Of a stretch of 64,000 nucleotides of DNA, positions 14,143 through 28,100 are shown piece after piece. The notes beneath the pieces are model-generated. The model did no database searches and was not told the DNA's origin. It saw nothing but the letters and a program-made list of their open reading frames with translations. The translations under genes were made by a program, and so were the position numbers. Every line of letters starts with the position of its first letter. The stretch's first letter is position 1. Source of the stretch: the human T2T-CHM13v2.0 reference genome, Homo sapiens; assembly GCF_009914755.1 (NCBI RefSeq), contig NC_060928.1, one strand, 5' to 3'.

Positions 14143-14709
14143 AAGATGGATTTATAATGACTGTATAGTCAAAGTATGCATATATCATCAAGTGAATAAT
14201 ATAAAATACACATAAAATCAACAAGTAATTAATATGAGAGATTATAACCATATTTTGTGCCTGAGACTGTAAAAAAAATCTTACTTTATTCTCACAGCAT
14301 CCCTAGAAAGTTTCCTACAGTTGTAATTCACACTTACAGATAGAAACAAGGCTGCAAGATATAAGAATAAATTTTGATTTTGTATACCAGATTTGGCTTC
14401 ATATTTACCTCATGCCAACGTCTGTCCTAGTAACCACTACATCTTTCTATTTTAAGGTGCAGAGGAGCAAATATTACAACCTTCCACTTAATGGAAATGT
14501 TTGTAAACATAATAAGCTATATAATCCTGAAATGGATTTTAAATTGATTTTAAAAGACACAAATTAAAATTAGGCATATTTACTGTCTCAACTTTCATTG
14601 CATTCCAATTTGATAGTCATTTAGCCTTTGCTTCAATACTCTCAACAGTCAAAGGCTCACTTCGTTGCACTGCTGATTATTTCATTAATGGTCAGATGTG
14701 TTTGTTAAT

Positions 14710-14836
14710 ACCTTCATCTATTCGACATTAATTTTTGAAGAACTTTTATGTGAGGGGCACTATGCCAAGCACTAAAGACAAAAAATGAAGCATTAGGACA
14801 TATATCTGTGTTCAAGGAGTTAAAAATCTATTAGAG
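14710..14836 (-). mobile_element. L2 3'-end relic
   Basis: TTCATCTATTCGACATTAATTTTTGAAG...GGCACTATGCCAAGCACT...TTCAAGGAGTT resembles the reverse L2 tail. Confidence 0.6.
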
Positions 14837-14939
14837 ATTTTTAATTTTTTTTCCTAAAATTTTCTTCCCGGTCATTTTTGCATGCCCATCCTTACAATAC
14901 TTTGGAGACCACTGGATAATGAATTGCTACAGACTTGTG

Positions 14940-15300
14940 TATGACAGCCTTTCAAACATAAACATATGACAATAGCCATCCGTCCTTTGTCTTTCCCTTC
15001 TAAAAGCTAATAATTTTTTAATCCCTTCAAATGTATCAACCCCTCACCATCCATATTGTTCTCATTTTTATACAGTATAATTTTTTAAGATATGAAACAT
15101 CAAATTAACATAGTATTCAAGATGTATGCTGAGTGGTACTTAATGTAATTAGAGTTATACTTTCTATAATGTCAACATTATATGTTTTAAAAGCAACTTA
15201 GTTGTATACATAATCTATAATATTTATGTCACACTGTTGCCTCATATTAATATTGCGGCCACTTATAAACGCAGAGTATTTTCTCCTGGATTATTGCTAA
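14940..15300 (-). mobile_element. L3/CR1 relic
   Basis: ATGACAGCCTTTCAAACATA...CTTTCCCTTCTAAAAGCTAA...CCCTTCAA resembles the reverse CR1/L3 3' region; highly diverged. Confidence 0.5.
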
Positions 15301-16664
15301 ATGACCATCTAAAAGTTATGCAACATTTAGAATTTTGTATTTATAATTGCATATTAACAGTTGACTTAAAATATGTATAATTTGATATTGATTCTATTTA
15401 TTTAATATGCTTCAGTAATTTTCAGACTTAATAAGCACCCATTCATAGCTTCATTTATATGAGCAGTTATACTTATGAACAAATGAAAAATGCAGAATTA
15501 TCTCCCTATTACCATTTATAATTATGTGTAGAGAAACGTGGAATAAAAAATTATTAGAAATGGTTGAGTTTATATTTTGTTCTTTTTAATTTTTATTTTA
15601 GTTAAGAAAGTCTTCTTGAAGTACGTGTTTTTTGCTAGTTTTTATCAAAGTGGTATACTTGTTTGGTGACAAAGGCTGTGTTTTGACTAAATAAATGCCA
15701 TTTAAAAATTGGGGAGAGAGAGTAAAAATGAGGATGGTTTACGTAAGTTTTCCCACTTTTATGAATCTCCATATATGACTGAATCAACAGGCCTGGATCG
15801 GGATGAAAATAATACAAACAGAAAACCATTCTACTTCTTCTCCTTAACCTCCACTATGTTTTGCAATCAGGTTTCAGGCACAGGCACGCCCTCAATATGT
15901 CAATGTGAAGACTCGTTTTTATACATTTCTATGTTTTTTAGGTGTTTTAGTGTAATCATCCTTTCTCAGTAATAACTCATCTGTCCAATGTCTGTTCACA
16001 AATCTCACTCAGTGTTTCAATCTCAAAGCTCTTCCGAGAAAAGATGTGTGCAAATAAAAATAAGAAAATGTAAAAGCCCATGAATAGAAAAAGGTTCACA
16101 TTTCCCTATGTTTTATGTCGTATAGGTGGTTCTGACACCATGTTTTGTCTCACCATCTCCAAAAAGAGTTTTTTATTAAATATTTTGGTAAAATTAAAAA
16201 CATATTTTTAAAGCATTTGCTGTTTTTGTAGTTTTGGAGAAGGCTACTGAAGGCAGATGACCAAACCCTGGGTCCTTCAACTGCCTCTTCTTCTTGCACT
16301 AGAATAAAGAGATATTCATAAGGGAAAAGTTTGATGTCAACCAAACAGCTCATCCTTACTGGCATATATTTTTACTAAGGTTAAACTTCATTGGAAGGTG
16401 CATCCCAGTTATTAATCCATGTCTTCCTTCCAGTTATAGATAAGTCTCTAGAAGGCCAGCACGCTGGTGAAATCGTGGATTTGAGGACCAGGAGGCCCCG
16501 GATTGTTCCCTACCGGCTTTACCTTCCCATAATCATTTAGTCTAAAAGGTCTAATTTGACCAAGAAGCATTATATTCTTACTATTCAAATATATTTTTCT
16601 AAAACTCTGGAGATGATGTTAATTTCTGTGATACTTCTGTAAACATATTTGTAACATATGAGTA

Positions 16665-17010
16665 ATATGTTAAATAATTATTGACTGAGTACCAAGTCCG
16701 TGACAAACACTCTGATAGGCATTAAGTAAATCCAGCCAAAGAAGGAAAGACACGGGCATGGTCAGATACAGCTGAAAATCTAGTGAAAGCAAATATAGCT
16801 AAGTACATAATTATGTGTATTTAATATGTGCTTTGAGGGCAAGTAAAAGGCTGCTGAGAGATAATTATGGGTGAGGGAAATCTACACTGAAAAGATGTTA
16901 TTTAAGCAGATACATGAAGGATAATAGGACTTAAGCGGCTAGAGTACAGAAAAAGAATACCCTAGACACAAAGAAAAGTGAATATGAAGGTCATGAGACA
17001 AGAAAGGGTT
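16665..17010 (-). mobile_element. L2 relic
   Basis: AAATAATTATTGACTGAGTACC...AAACACTCTGATAGGCA...GATGTTATTTAAGCAGATACATGAAGGAT follows the reverse L2 pattern. Confidence 0.6.
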
Positions 17011-18989
17011 TCAGAATTATAGTTATGTTAGAATAACTGAAATATTATTGCTATAATTTAAAATCAAATTTAAGGGCTTATATAATTCAAATTATTAAAG
17101 CTATTTATTTGGAAAGTAAAAGTGAGTTACTATTTAAATAATGATTTATTTCTTTCGTAGGGAAATCTCTTGGCTATCCCTGGTTATCTGATTGTTTGGT
17201 GATGATTTCACAGAAATAATCAATTAGATTGAACAAGGTCCAAGTCGGAGAATTTTTCTGAGCTAGACAATAATTTCAATAACAGTAAACATATGTAACT
17301 CACTGTTCTTCCATCTTTGTCCCACTCTTATACTTTTTAAGGAATCAGCTGGCTATTTTATGTTCCCAACAAGAGTTTCTAGCATCATAACCCATCAGAG
17401 TCTATAAAATGTTTAATCAAAATTGTTCCTTAAGCAGTTGACTACCTGCCTTGTCTTTCATCATCTCTTTTATTCACTTACAGAAAATACATAAGTAGTG
17501 TTCTGTGACTATTCTCAATGTCTCATTAGTTTTTTCTGTTTTCCATGACAGTTCCCAGCAGCTGTCAATGACACCACTCCTGGGTGTCCAGATCTCAGAA
17601 GACCTTACCAGAAGTTCTTCAGAAACTCCTCCTGATAGTCACAACTGGCTCACCCTAAAAATCTCTAATGACAACTAACAGCTGCTGCAAGGTTTTTTAA
17701 AAAATGGACATCTAAAGGGACGTCTTCAAATTGCTTTACATTTGCATTAGGAAAGCAGATCTCTGGGTCAGCATCTGTTTTTCTTCTCACAGAGCCTTTG
17801 GAGAAATTTTCATTCTGACACTTCTTGATATATGAAGTAGAATATGGCATATCTATAAAATGCCTACTCATCATACATCAAGTAAATTTGTCAACCTGCC
17901 TTTTGGAGATGGTGTCTAGTTAGAAATCCAGCTAATTTACCAACAGAATATGAAAAACAGAACGAATGTGTCTATAGAATAGGTAGTAAAATAATACTGA
18001 ATTATCCGGATTCTCATAGAATGCAACCGAAAGATCCACAAGCTGTTTAACTGCTTAAATTTAAAATCAAGACTCACCAGTATATATAAAACAGGCTATG
18101 TGGAGCACTACAAAGCTGCCATTGCAAAATTGCAAGTGAAATTATATTTTTTCCTTTAAAAATAAAACCCTGAAACTGTTTGCAGTTGATATTGGCAGAA
18201 ACTTAGGAAGAGATGACTTTATGATTTGCCTTTTGTGAATTTTCAGTGCCAACCAGGCAAAACAGAATAAAATATAAAGTGATGGTAGGACATCTTAAAC
18301 ATACACCAAGGGGCTCTACAATTTCACTCATATGATTTCAATTTCTAGGGTCTAAGGATTTTTCAGATACATTAATGTTAAGCCAGATTCTCTCAGTGTC
18401 TAACAATCCAAAACATTCCTTTTAAACAAGTTTGAAAGCTGCATTAACACTTTCAGTGAAGTAATTTCCCCAGTAGTACTCTGGTGGCTGAAAGGCACGA
18501 TAGTTTCTGCATATATCTCATTTTCTCAAATTTGAAAGCACAAGTCCAATTGGCCTTTTAGCTGCTAGAAAAGTTGCTTATATAAAATTGTTCCAGATGT
18601 TTCCCAGTTTATTGCAACTCGGTAAAAAGTCCAAGATCCATGTACACACTACCCAGCATAATTATTACTCAAAAGTAAGCAAAGCATTCTTTATAAAACC
18701 TGACTTCCAATTAAAAGTTTTAGAAGATTTCACATTAGAATATAGCCTACATTTCTCAACAAGTCATTTACCTAGTTTTCTAAGGACAGGTTTGATGGAA
18801 TCTTGTTTTGCCAGCATTCATTAATTGATGCCCTTGTTTATTCTCAAGATGTGCCTTTGTTTGGATAAAAAATTATATGGCCATCATTATTAATTTGGCA
18901 TAAAAGATGTGATGAGCTGGTCTTGCCTAATAACACTTTAGACTCACCTTCTGTCACTCCCCTCTGTCTTTCTGTAATCCAGCAAAAAA

Positions 18990-19390
18990 AGAACTGCTTC
19001 TTATTGTCTGAATGTGTGATACTCTCAACTTTGTGTTTACTCATGATGTTGCCTCTCCATGGGTCACTATACTTAACACTCTGCATTTTATATAATTTTT
19101 ATTAGTTTTTAAGGAGAAGCTTCACTGCCATCTCTCCCTGGAAGCTCTGTCTACTCCTCTGGTCAGCACCGAGGTCTCTGATAGACTGCTCTTGCACCTT
19201 ATGTATGTTCCATAATTTTCTCATGGCATGTATGTTGCTTATATATGTCTGTTTACTTGACTGTCTTTTCAAGACATAGCTAACATTTTGAGAGTAGGGA
19301 CATTTTGCATCATTGACTTCTAATCCCCAGTATTTTGCTGGCATATGAAAATATCGAGTGTTTTACATAAACAAAAAATGAATGAAAAAA
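18990..19390 (+). mobile_element. L2 3' relic
   Basis: CTCCCTGGAAGC...GAGAGTAGGGACATTTTG...CTGGCATATG...ATGAATGAA tail. Confidence 0.6.
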
Positions 19391-20224
19391 ACTAAAGCAT
19401 AGTTATTTATTTTCAATTTCATAACTGTATTTTATAATAATGGTAAAAAATCTGATTAATATTTAATGCTAACTAATTTCTTTAAAGTACATGTTTTTAA
19501 CCAGAATATAGCAGTTTCTGGCTTATGTCACTTTATGTAAACTAAATATTTATACACTTGGATTTGTGGTATACAGTAGATACTTTTAGATATTGTTTAC
19601 TTTTCACGCAAAAAAATTAAAACAAAGTTCTTTGTTGAACTTAAAATATCATTTAATTTTCAAAATGCTGATTACTATGCTACCGATAAGAAAACCTCAT
19701 TTTCCTTAAAATGTGGATAAATCTTCAGAGATAAGGATATATTATCCAAATAAATGTCGATATTAGTTTTATCCACAGAATCCACAACTCTGACCATTCC
19801 TTTCTGTACATGTCAAGCATGACTTTTAGATGATGTCTGCATGACTGACAGCAGAGAAGGACTGAGAATCATTCCCACTACCAATGTCAGACAAGCCAAT
19901 TAATGTAGTCCATTTATCCCTAGGAAAACATGATGGGCAGCTCACTGGGAGTAAAGTATTAATCACTTCATTAATATCTTCCAGTACACAGACTTCAGGG
20001 TGATGTTTTAACAATGGTTATATTTTGATAATATCTCAAAATTGTTTGCTACCCTGCATGAAGCCTTATTTAATATTTTTAGAAATTCAAGCTTTTAAAA
20101 ATAGCAACAACTAAACTAGGATGGTGTTCAAGGTAAAAAAAAAAAAAAAAAAAAAGGAGAGAAACAATTAAATGTGAGCCATAGACAGCCTGTGATGTGC
20201 CAGGGGATGGAAGAGATATTATAC

Positions 20225-20400
20225 CTATAAGTACACACACACACATTTATATATATACATATATATTATATATATACACACACACATATATACACACACA
20301 TATATCTTATATAAAATAAGATATATAGTAAATGTATAAATATATCTCTTTATATATATAAATATATCCATATTATAAATCTATTTATATGGATATATTC
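20225..20400. repeat. (CA)n/(TA)n low-complexity tract
   Basis: Directly visible. Confidence 0.9.
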
Positions 20401-20674
20401 ATCCATCAACCCATGTCTCAAACATATAGTTATACGGATATATCCACAGCTAATTATCACTAAAATTCTGCAAATTGGATAAGTTCATTCCCATTTAGGA
20501 AGTAATAAGATATTTGTCCAAAAAAGAATTGTTAAAAACAGCTGAACTTGGATCAGACTTTGTCCATCTGCATTCATAATTGCATTGTATTTACTATGTT
20601 GTATTATCACTCTTATTTCTTATATACAAATCATATTCCTTTAATGAAGGGAATGCATAATATCTAAAACAAGT

Positions 20675-21570
20675 ATTTTTTAATTTTTATGGATACATAG
20701 TGGATGTATATATGCATGGGGTACATGAGACATTTTAATACAAGCATACGATGTAATTATTACATGAGAGTAAATGAGGTATCCATCGACTCAAGCGTTT
20801 ATGATTTATTTGCATTACAAACATTTTAATTATACTCTTTTAGTTATTTTAAAATGTACAATAATTTAGTCTCTCTTCTGTGCAAATACTAGATTTTATT
20901 TATTCAATCTAACTATAATTTTGTACCCATTAACCAACCCCACTTCTGTCTCACACCCACTACCCTTCCCAGCCTCTAGTAGCCATCATTCTACTCTCTA
21001 TCTCAAAGAGTCCAATAGTTTCAATTTTTAGCACACAGAAATCAGTGAAAACATGTGAAGTTTGCTTTTCTGTGCCTAGCTTATTTCACTTAACTTAATG
21101 TCTTCCAGCTCTATCCATGTTGTTGCAAATGACAAGATCTCACTCTGTTTTATAGCTGAATAGTACTGGAACGTGTATATGTACCACGCTTATTTTATCC
21201 ATTCATCTGTTGATGGACACTTAGGTTTCTTCCAAATCTCAGCTATTGTGAATAGCACTGCAATCACTGCAATAAACACAGGAGTGCAGATATTCCTTTG
21301 ATACACTAATTTCCTTTCTTTTGGTTACATACCTAGCAGTGGGATTGTCAAATCATACGGTAATTCTATTTTTAGTTTTCTGAAGAGCCTCCAACTGTTT
21401 TCTATAGTGGTTGTACTAATTAACATTCCCACCAACAGTGTATGAAGCTTTCCTTTTCTCCACATTCTCACCAGCATTTGTTATTTCCTGTCTTTTGGAT
21501 AAAAGTTAATATAACTGAGATGAGATAATATCTCACTGTAGTTTTGATTTGCATTTCTCAAATGGTCAAT
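20675..21570 (-). mobile_element. 5'-truncated L1MA 3' fragment
   Basis: Reverse complement of the same 3'UTR/ORF2-end type seen at 4000-5300 and 34600-35470 (TTTGTACCCATTAACCA; CATGTTGTTGCAAATGACA; GTTTTGATTTGCATTTCTC). Confidence 0.9.
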
Positions 21571-21600
21571 TAAAATAATTCTCATCCTTAGGTCTAGGGA

Positions 21601-22423
21601 TCTAGGGATATTCTAAAGAAAAACACACACACACATTTTTACAACTCTCACTACTCTCAGTACTTGCAGAACACTTCACTTCTAGTCACCTAATTGTGTG
21701 GGGTTTTTTTCCAAATCAAGCAATTCTCACTTTCTGGACACCAGCTAGGTGTCCTATAATTCAATTCAATGTAATTCTGACACAGTGTGCCTAGCGATAG
21801 CATCAGATCTCATAGCTTAATGGCCCTGTCACACTAGACTGACCCCCCTTCAGATGACAATCCCAAGTTTTAGGGGGTGTCCTGTACTTCTGACCAACTG
21901 ACTATAATTTGCGCTCACAATCCCTCCTTAGGTATGAAAATTTGCTAGCTGCTTCATAAAACACAGAGAAGTACTTTATTTATGTGCACTAATTTACAAA
22001 GGATATTATAAAAAATATAGATGCACAGACGAATGAAGAGATACATAAGGCAAGGCATGAGCGAAGGGGTGTAAACCTTTCATCCCCTCTCCTGGTGAGC
22101 CATGGTTCCAGAGTTGCATTCACCAACCTAGAAGTTTATCAAATCTTGTCGTTCAAGAGTTGCTGCTTAATCTCTAGTCCCCTACCCCATTCCAGGAAGT
22201 CAAACTCGCAACCCTCTTATCACTTGGTGTGGTGACCATACTCATCCTGAGGCTGTCTAAAGGAACCTACCCTGTCACCTTATTAGCATAAACTCAAATG
22301 TAATAAAAAAGGGGCTCATAACAAATAACAAGGGCATTCCTATCACTCAGACATCTCCAAAAGTAGTAGGAACTCTATAGCAGGAATCTGGGATAATGAC
22401 CAAAAATTTCGTATTATATCACA
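21601..22423 (-). mobile_element. Solo LTR, MER21-like
   Basis: GGACACCAGCTAGGTGTCCTATAATTCAATTCAAT, TTCTGACCAACTGACTATAA and TTATTAGCATAAACTCA motifs; ends TATATCACA; about 820 bp. Confidence 0.8.
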
Positions 22424-22869
22424 GCATACAATAAATAGAGACTGTCACACATTTAAAATCAATTACTTGAGGACTTAGCTACTTTACTCAGAAACATATA
22501 AAATTATTTGAAAAATCCCCTCATATCACCTTAATGTGTCTCAAAAGAACCTGAAGAATTATGTGTCTACATATTGGATCAACGTGGTTTAGAAGTTTTC
22601 TGAAAAATTAATCAGAATTACTTGCTCACACAAAGCTATGACTCTTTAGTAAAACACAAAACCAAATTGAGAAGAACTGGAGATATCTTATAATGTAATA
22701 AAAACAATGAGGTTCCTTCTCCTGTTCCTGCTACAAGAATTAAATCATACTTGGCACTTATTCAATATTATGTTATGGACTTTTAAAATATCTTCACTCT
22801 TAGCACAATATTTAATTTTTATCCTTGTTTCCTTTCTGCTTTCTAATTTACTTTTCATTTGCTATACTG

Positions 22870-25150
22870 TGGGAAATCTCCAAATCAGCAAATTTTGAAT
22901 GTAATACAAAGAATATTTTTCTTTCTGAAGCATTTGTGAATAAGTTGCTGACATAATGCTGTATCACCCTTGGTTTCTTCAATGTATATTTCCTAAAACT
23001 AGTATATAATCTTACATAATTACCATTCAACCCTCAGAATCAAAAAATTATTATTGATACGTTACTAACACCTAATCTCAAGACCCTTTTCAATTGTCTC
23101 CAATTGTACCAACAATGTCTTTTATAGCAAGAATCTAGTTCAAAATCATACGTTACATTTAGCTGCATTTATAGTCCATCAGTATAAATAGGTTTTTAGA
23201 TTTTGTCTGACTAAATTGCCTTGGCAGTTGAACATTTATTGGCCAGTTATTTTGTAAATGTTCCTCAATTTGAATTTGTCTGGTGGTTCCTCATATTTAG
23301 ATTCGGGTTATACATTTTTGACAAGAAGGTGCTCTTATTTTACCCTATCAGGTGGCACAGATTCAATTTTTTATTTACTGATGAGATCTCCTTAGATCAC
23401 ATAATATAGTTTCTGTCTGCCAGGCTTCTCCTCTGTAAAGTTACACTTTTTTTCTTTTGTAATTAACAAGTATTTTGTGGGAAGGCTCAGGGAAATTATG
23501 TAAATGTCTTGTTTCTCATCAAAGTTTCAACTTACTCGTTTATAGAATCATATCAGTATGAAATCATTAAGTCCTATTTTATTCGATAGTTTATATATAA
23601 TCAGTATTTTATTCAATAGTTTATATATAATAATGACTGTCATTATTAGTCATTATTAGCATTTATTTTGACACTCAGATTTTTCCATATTTCATCAGTG
23701 GCTCCTGCATGTTGGTTTCTGTTTCCTTATGACATGAGTCCAACATTTTTGGAGTATGTCTTTACTTTCCTTCCTGACAAGATGTCCCACTCCCTTTTGC
23801 CTTTTCTCTGAACTAGCAGAGAAACCAGTTACTTCTCCAAGGAGCCCTGGTTCCTTTTAGTGGAAGATGCTGTTTAGAAACCAAGATCTGGGATCACTAT
23901 TCTCACTGTTTTTGAAGTATCACTACTGCCAAGCTCTCTTAGAAAACAGTCCTATGGAATGGAAATCTCTATCTACACCTGCATCTATATCTAATTCTAT
24001 CTCTATGTATCTCTATGTATTTGTGTATATGTGCATGTCTGTATCTATATACGTATCTATCCATCTATTAATCTAAAAAAAATGGGGTTCACACCAATAT
24101 CTCAAATTCCAATCCAATACACTAGATTAATTCTAGTTTTCTTGTGTTTCCTATTTGTAATTTCATTCTCCAACAGAGAATGAATGTATTTTTAATATAT
24201 TTGCCTATTGATTGAGAACCCTGTAGGTAATCCAGTCTGCCATATCATCAGCCATCACCTCTCCTACTCAGATGCCCTCCTCTCCCCTGCTGTGCTCCAA
24301 CACACTGCTATAGTCCACTCTTCCATGCATATACTCTCCTCATAACATGCATGCTCTGACACCTCACATGTAGCTCACCCATGTGAATGCCTCTTCACTT
24401 GATAAATGACATTATTCCTTCCAGTCCTCAATACCGGAAACTGGTCATTTATGCCATTTCCAATTTTTACCCCATCTTGATCTATTTCCAATACCATAAC
24501 TCAACCTAACTTCCTGCGTAGGCTATGACACTCCAAGGCAGGCCATTCTCTAATTCCTTGGAAGCTTTCCTCACCCTGCATAGGCTCTACACCCCACACA
24601 AGACCAACTACACACCATGCAGACACCCTTTCCACCACACTTGGGTTCTGATTTCCTCCTCTGGGCCACCTGATCACTCAGATATCTTTGCAGCCTCCAA
24701 AAAGCTGAGCCAATTACCTCTCTCACGCACTGCACTCATTTACCCAATTAAGCCCCAATACCAGGCATTCTCTACATCCCTTTATGGTCACTCTCCTTAC
24801 CCTCTCAGGTCCCTAAACCCTGGGCCAGGCCTACCTCTGCCACTGTGAACCCCCTTCTCACCTCACTCAGGATTCAAATGATTGAGCTGGGCAGCTACCT
24901 TATGTGATGTTTTTTTTTTTTTCACACTGTGTGACTCTGATATTGCCCACTAGGCTGCCTCCTGTGTGGAAGTCTTGCACACTCAACGTGTGCTCTGACA
25001 GCTGCAGAGCTGTGCCACCCTGCCTTGTGTGCATACCTTCTTTAGCCTGCCTGGACTCTGACATCCAGCTCTAAACCACCACTTTTCCCCATACTTGCAT
25101 GCACTGATGTTTACTGTGTTTGTCTCCATTCAATGCTCTTGGATTAGGGT
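22870..25150 (-). mobile_element. Old L1MC4/L1MC5-like 3' region, including a degenerate C-rich tandem array (about 24250-25100)
   Basis: GTGAATAAGTTGCTGACATAATG...TATATTTCCTAAAA and TTCTCCAAGGAGCCCTGGTTCCTTTTAGTGG..AGAAACCAAGATCTGGG are typical of L1MC 3' ends. Confidence 0.7.
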
Positions 25151-28100
25151 GTTAGATATAAGAAGGGGAGATGAGGAAAGGGAAGGAAAGAGAAAAGAAG
25201 GAAATGGGAAAAGAAAGAGGAAAATGATGAGTACTCACCTCTAATTTATGTTTCTATTCTGTATTTTTCTTAAATTTGTAGTATGTCTTAAATCTTATTT
25301 TAAAATTACACATGGATAAAATAAACAAATTGTTTAGGGTTAACAGAGTTATATATAGACATAAATACATTCCACGGTGTTCAACAATTTGTGTCATAGA
25401 AACATATTTATCAGAGTAATGTCTCGCAAATTTATGGTTTCAAAGATGATTCAGATTTAAGGCTCTCTTGGATGAAAGCCAGTTTTCCTTTTAAGTCTCT
25501 TTAAATCTTTACCTCAGATTTCTTAAGAAAGCCACAAGCTCAACTTCCACTTCATAGTATTTATTCATGTAATATTGACAAGAACTCTGATTTAAGAGAA
25601 AAGAGCAGTGATAGGCAGAATGAAATAATTATTGATAAGCAGAATAATATAATGATTCTCATGTTTAATGATTTTAAATATTATATTTTTACAGAATGAT
25701 TGGATCTAATGCTAATTAAAAACTGTTTACATGTTCTCTATTTGAAGAAAGAATGTAGGCCCATTAAGTATCATTCTATAATGGAAATGAAAAAGTCGAC
25801 TAAATTAGAGAAAAGCTTTTATCCACTAATATGCAGATAGCAGGCAGCATCTGTTCTATCACTGCTATGAATCAGCATGAGAAATACCTATTATACTGAA
25901 ATGACAGTAGAATCCAGTTCAACATGTTGAGACCCATTCACAAGTTTTATGTATTTTTGTCTAGATAACCTTTGAAAGTTCAGAAAATTAACTGAGATAG
26001 CATCTGTAAGAATTCTTTGTGTGAACCCACAAATGTTACTTCTCAACTCTCCAAAGATGACTTTGATCCTTTGATTTCTTATATCATCCCCTCTAATATA
26101 GTTTCCCTCCACCTGAATCTCTCTTTCTCTCTCCTACTTCCATCTTCTTATTCAATAAATATTGTATACTTTCCCTAGAAACAAGCTGTTCTGTTTATAC
26201 CTTGCTACAAAACAAACCACTCTAAATTTTAGTAGCTAAAATAAGAACAATCATGAGCTTCATAAAGTTTCAACATTTATTCTTTGAACTTAAACATTTA
26301 CTCTTACCCTGTGTGCACTTACTGCAATTTACAGAATTAATTCTGAGGAGGATTTCAAATTTTGCCACATAACAATAGGTTTTACTCCAAATTTGAGATT
26401 CATATCTGCCATGCCACAGTGAGAGCTTCATTGTCTTCCTACTCCCATTGGTTTGTGATTCTGTATGTCTTTTACTTCTGTGGTTGCTATCTGTTAATGT
26501 CACAAAATCTACAGATTGTTCAAGCCATAAATTTCACTACTCTCATTCTCACAGGTGGCCAGTCAGCAAGTCCAAGACTTTAAAATGTTTCTAAAATCTA
26601 TCTCTCCCTTTATATTCTCCATCTGTGGCTTGGCTAATTGCTTCCTTCTCATCAGTTAGAAAATGTAATCATTCTGTTTCTACTGTCTTCCCTTTGAAAT
26701 CTACTGTCCACTATACCCCTAATACATAACTATCATTCTTTTACTAATAAACATTTTCAAAGACAGTTTATAAAAATAAATCCAAAAGACATCATTGTTT
26801 TAATACTTTTTTATCAGTGCTAGTCAATCTTTCATTTCAAATGGTTTTTCACCTGCTGCTGTACCCTTTTCTTAAGGTACTTTTTATGTACCCCAAGAAA
26901 ATTACAATAAGACTTTGTTTCATACGCAAGGAGTTTCATGGCTTTCCCACATTCTCATATATCAATGGCTAGCAAAAAGACATTTTTTTATTTACTAGAA
27001 ATAAATGTAGCATTTCTTTAGCACTTCTGAAATGATTCTGCTGTAGCAATTACCAGTCAGTCTTATGTTAAATTTACTTATTAATATGACTCTCTCATAA
27101 ATGTTATTATTTTATCCTTATAACTTTTCCTTCAAGCATCTATAATGAAGAATTGGGCAATTCAGACATTTAATATATATAATATGATTATGGGAGGCAA
27201 AGCAAGATGGTTGAATAGAACACTTCAGTATTATCCCTGGCATAGAAAAAGCAAATTGAACAACTCTCCACACAAGACCGCATCTTCATAAGAACCAAAA
27301 ATGAGGTGAGCAATTATAGTACCTCGTTTTAACATCATATCAAGGAAAGAGGCACTGAAGTGGGAAGGAAAGGCCATCATGGATTGGTGACATCACCCCT
27401 CCTCCTTCCCCAGAAAATGGCAGTGGCCATGTGACATGGAGAGAAAATCTGTGCACTTCAAGGAGAAAGAGTGTAGTAATTGCGGGACTTTGCATTGAAA
27501 CTCAGTGTTGCCCTATTACAGTGGAAAGCAACACTGGGGAGAATTCAGCTAGAGCTCACAGAAGACGCATTCATGCCAGTGCTATCCAGAAGGGAATTGT
27601 CCATCCCAGCAGCCGGAAACTGAGTTCCCATCAGCCACATCACCGAGGGCCAAAGTGCTGTGTGGTTCTAAATAAACTTGAAAGGCAGTCCAGGCCACAA
27701 GAACTAGAATCCCTGGGCAAGTCTTGGTGCTGTGCTGGACTCAGAGCCAGTGGACTTAGGGAAAATACGACCTAGTAAGACGGCAGCCAGGGTGGCCAAG
27801 GCAATACTTGGGTCACCCATCCCTCAACCCCAGACACTACAGCTTGCAGCTCTGGAAAAGATCTTTTCCTTCTTCTTGAGGAGAGGAAAGGGGAGAGAAG
27901 AGGATAGTGTCTTGTGACTTGTATACCAGCTCAGCCACAGTAGAATAGGGCAACAGGCAGAGTCCTGAGGCTCTCGTTGCAGGCTCTAGCTCCCAGTCGA
28001 TGTTTCTAGACATATCTTGGCCCAGAAGAGAACCTGCTGCCTTGAACAGAAAAACTCAGTCCTGGAAGGAATCATCACCTACTGACTAAAGAGACCTTGG

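Noticed and set aside
16434-16545. CpG-containing segment after a splice acceptor with a 34-codon open frame
   Set aside because: It resembles a decayed MIR head; no donor site and no recognisable peptide.
19712-19777. Two perfect DnaA-box 9-mers (TTATCCACA) in inverted orientation
   Set aside because: The context is primate nuclear DNA with no bacterial sequence; coincidental or transposon-derived.
24250-25110. Repeat-spacer-like periodicity suggestive of a CRISPR array
   Set aside because: The units are highly degenerate, sit inside a mammalian L1 relic, and have no cas genes nearby.
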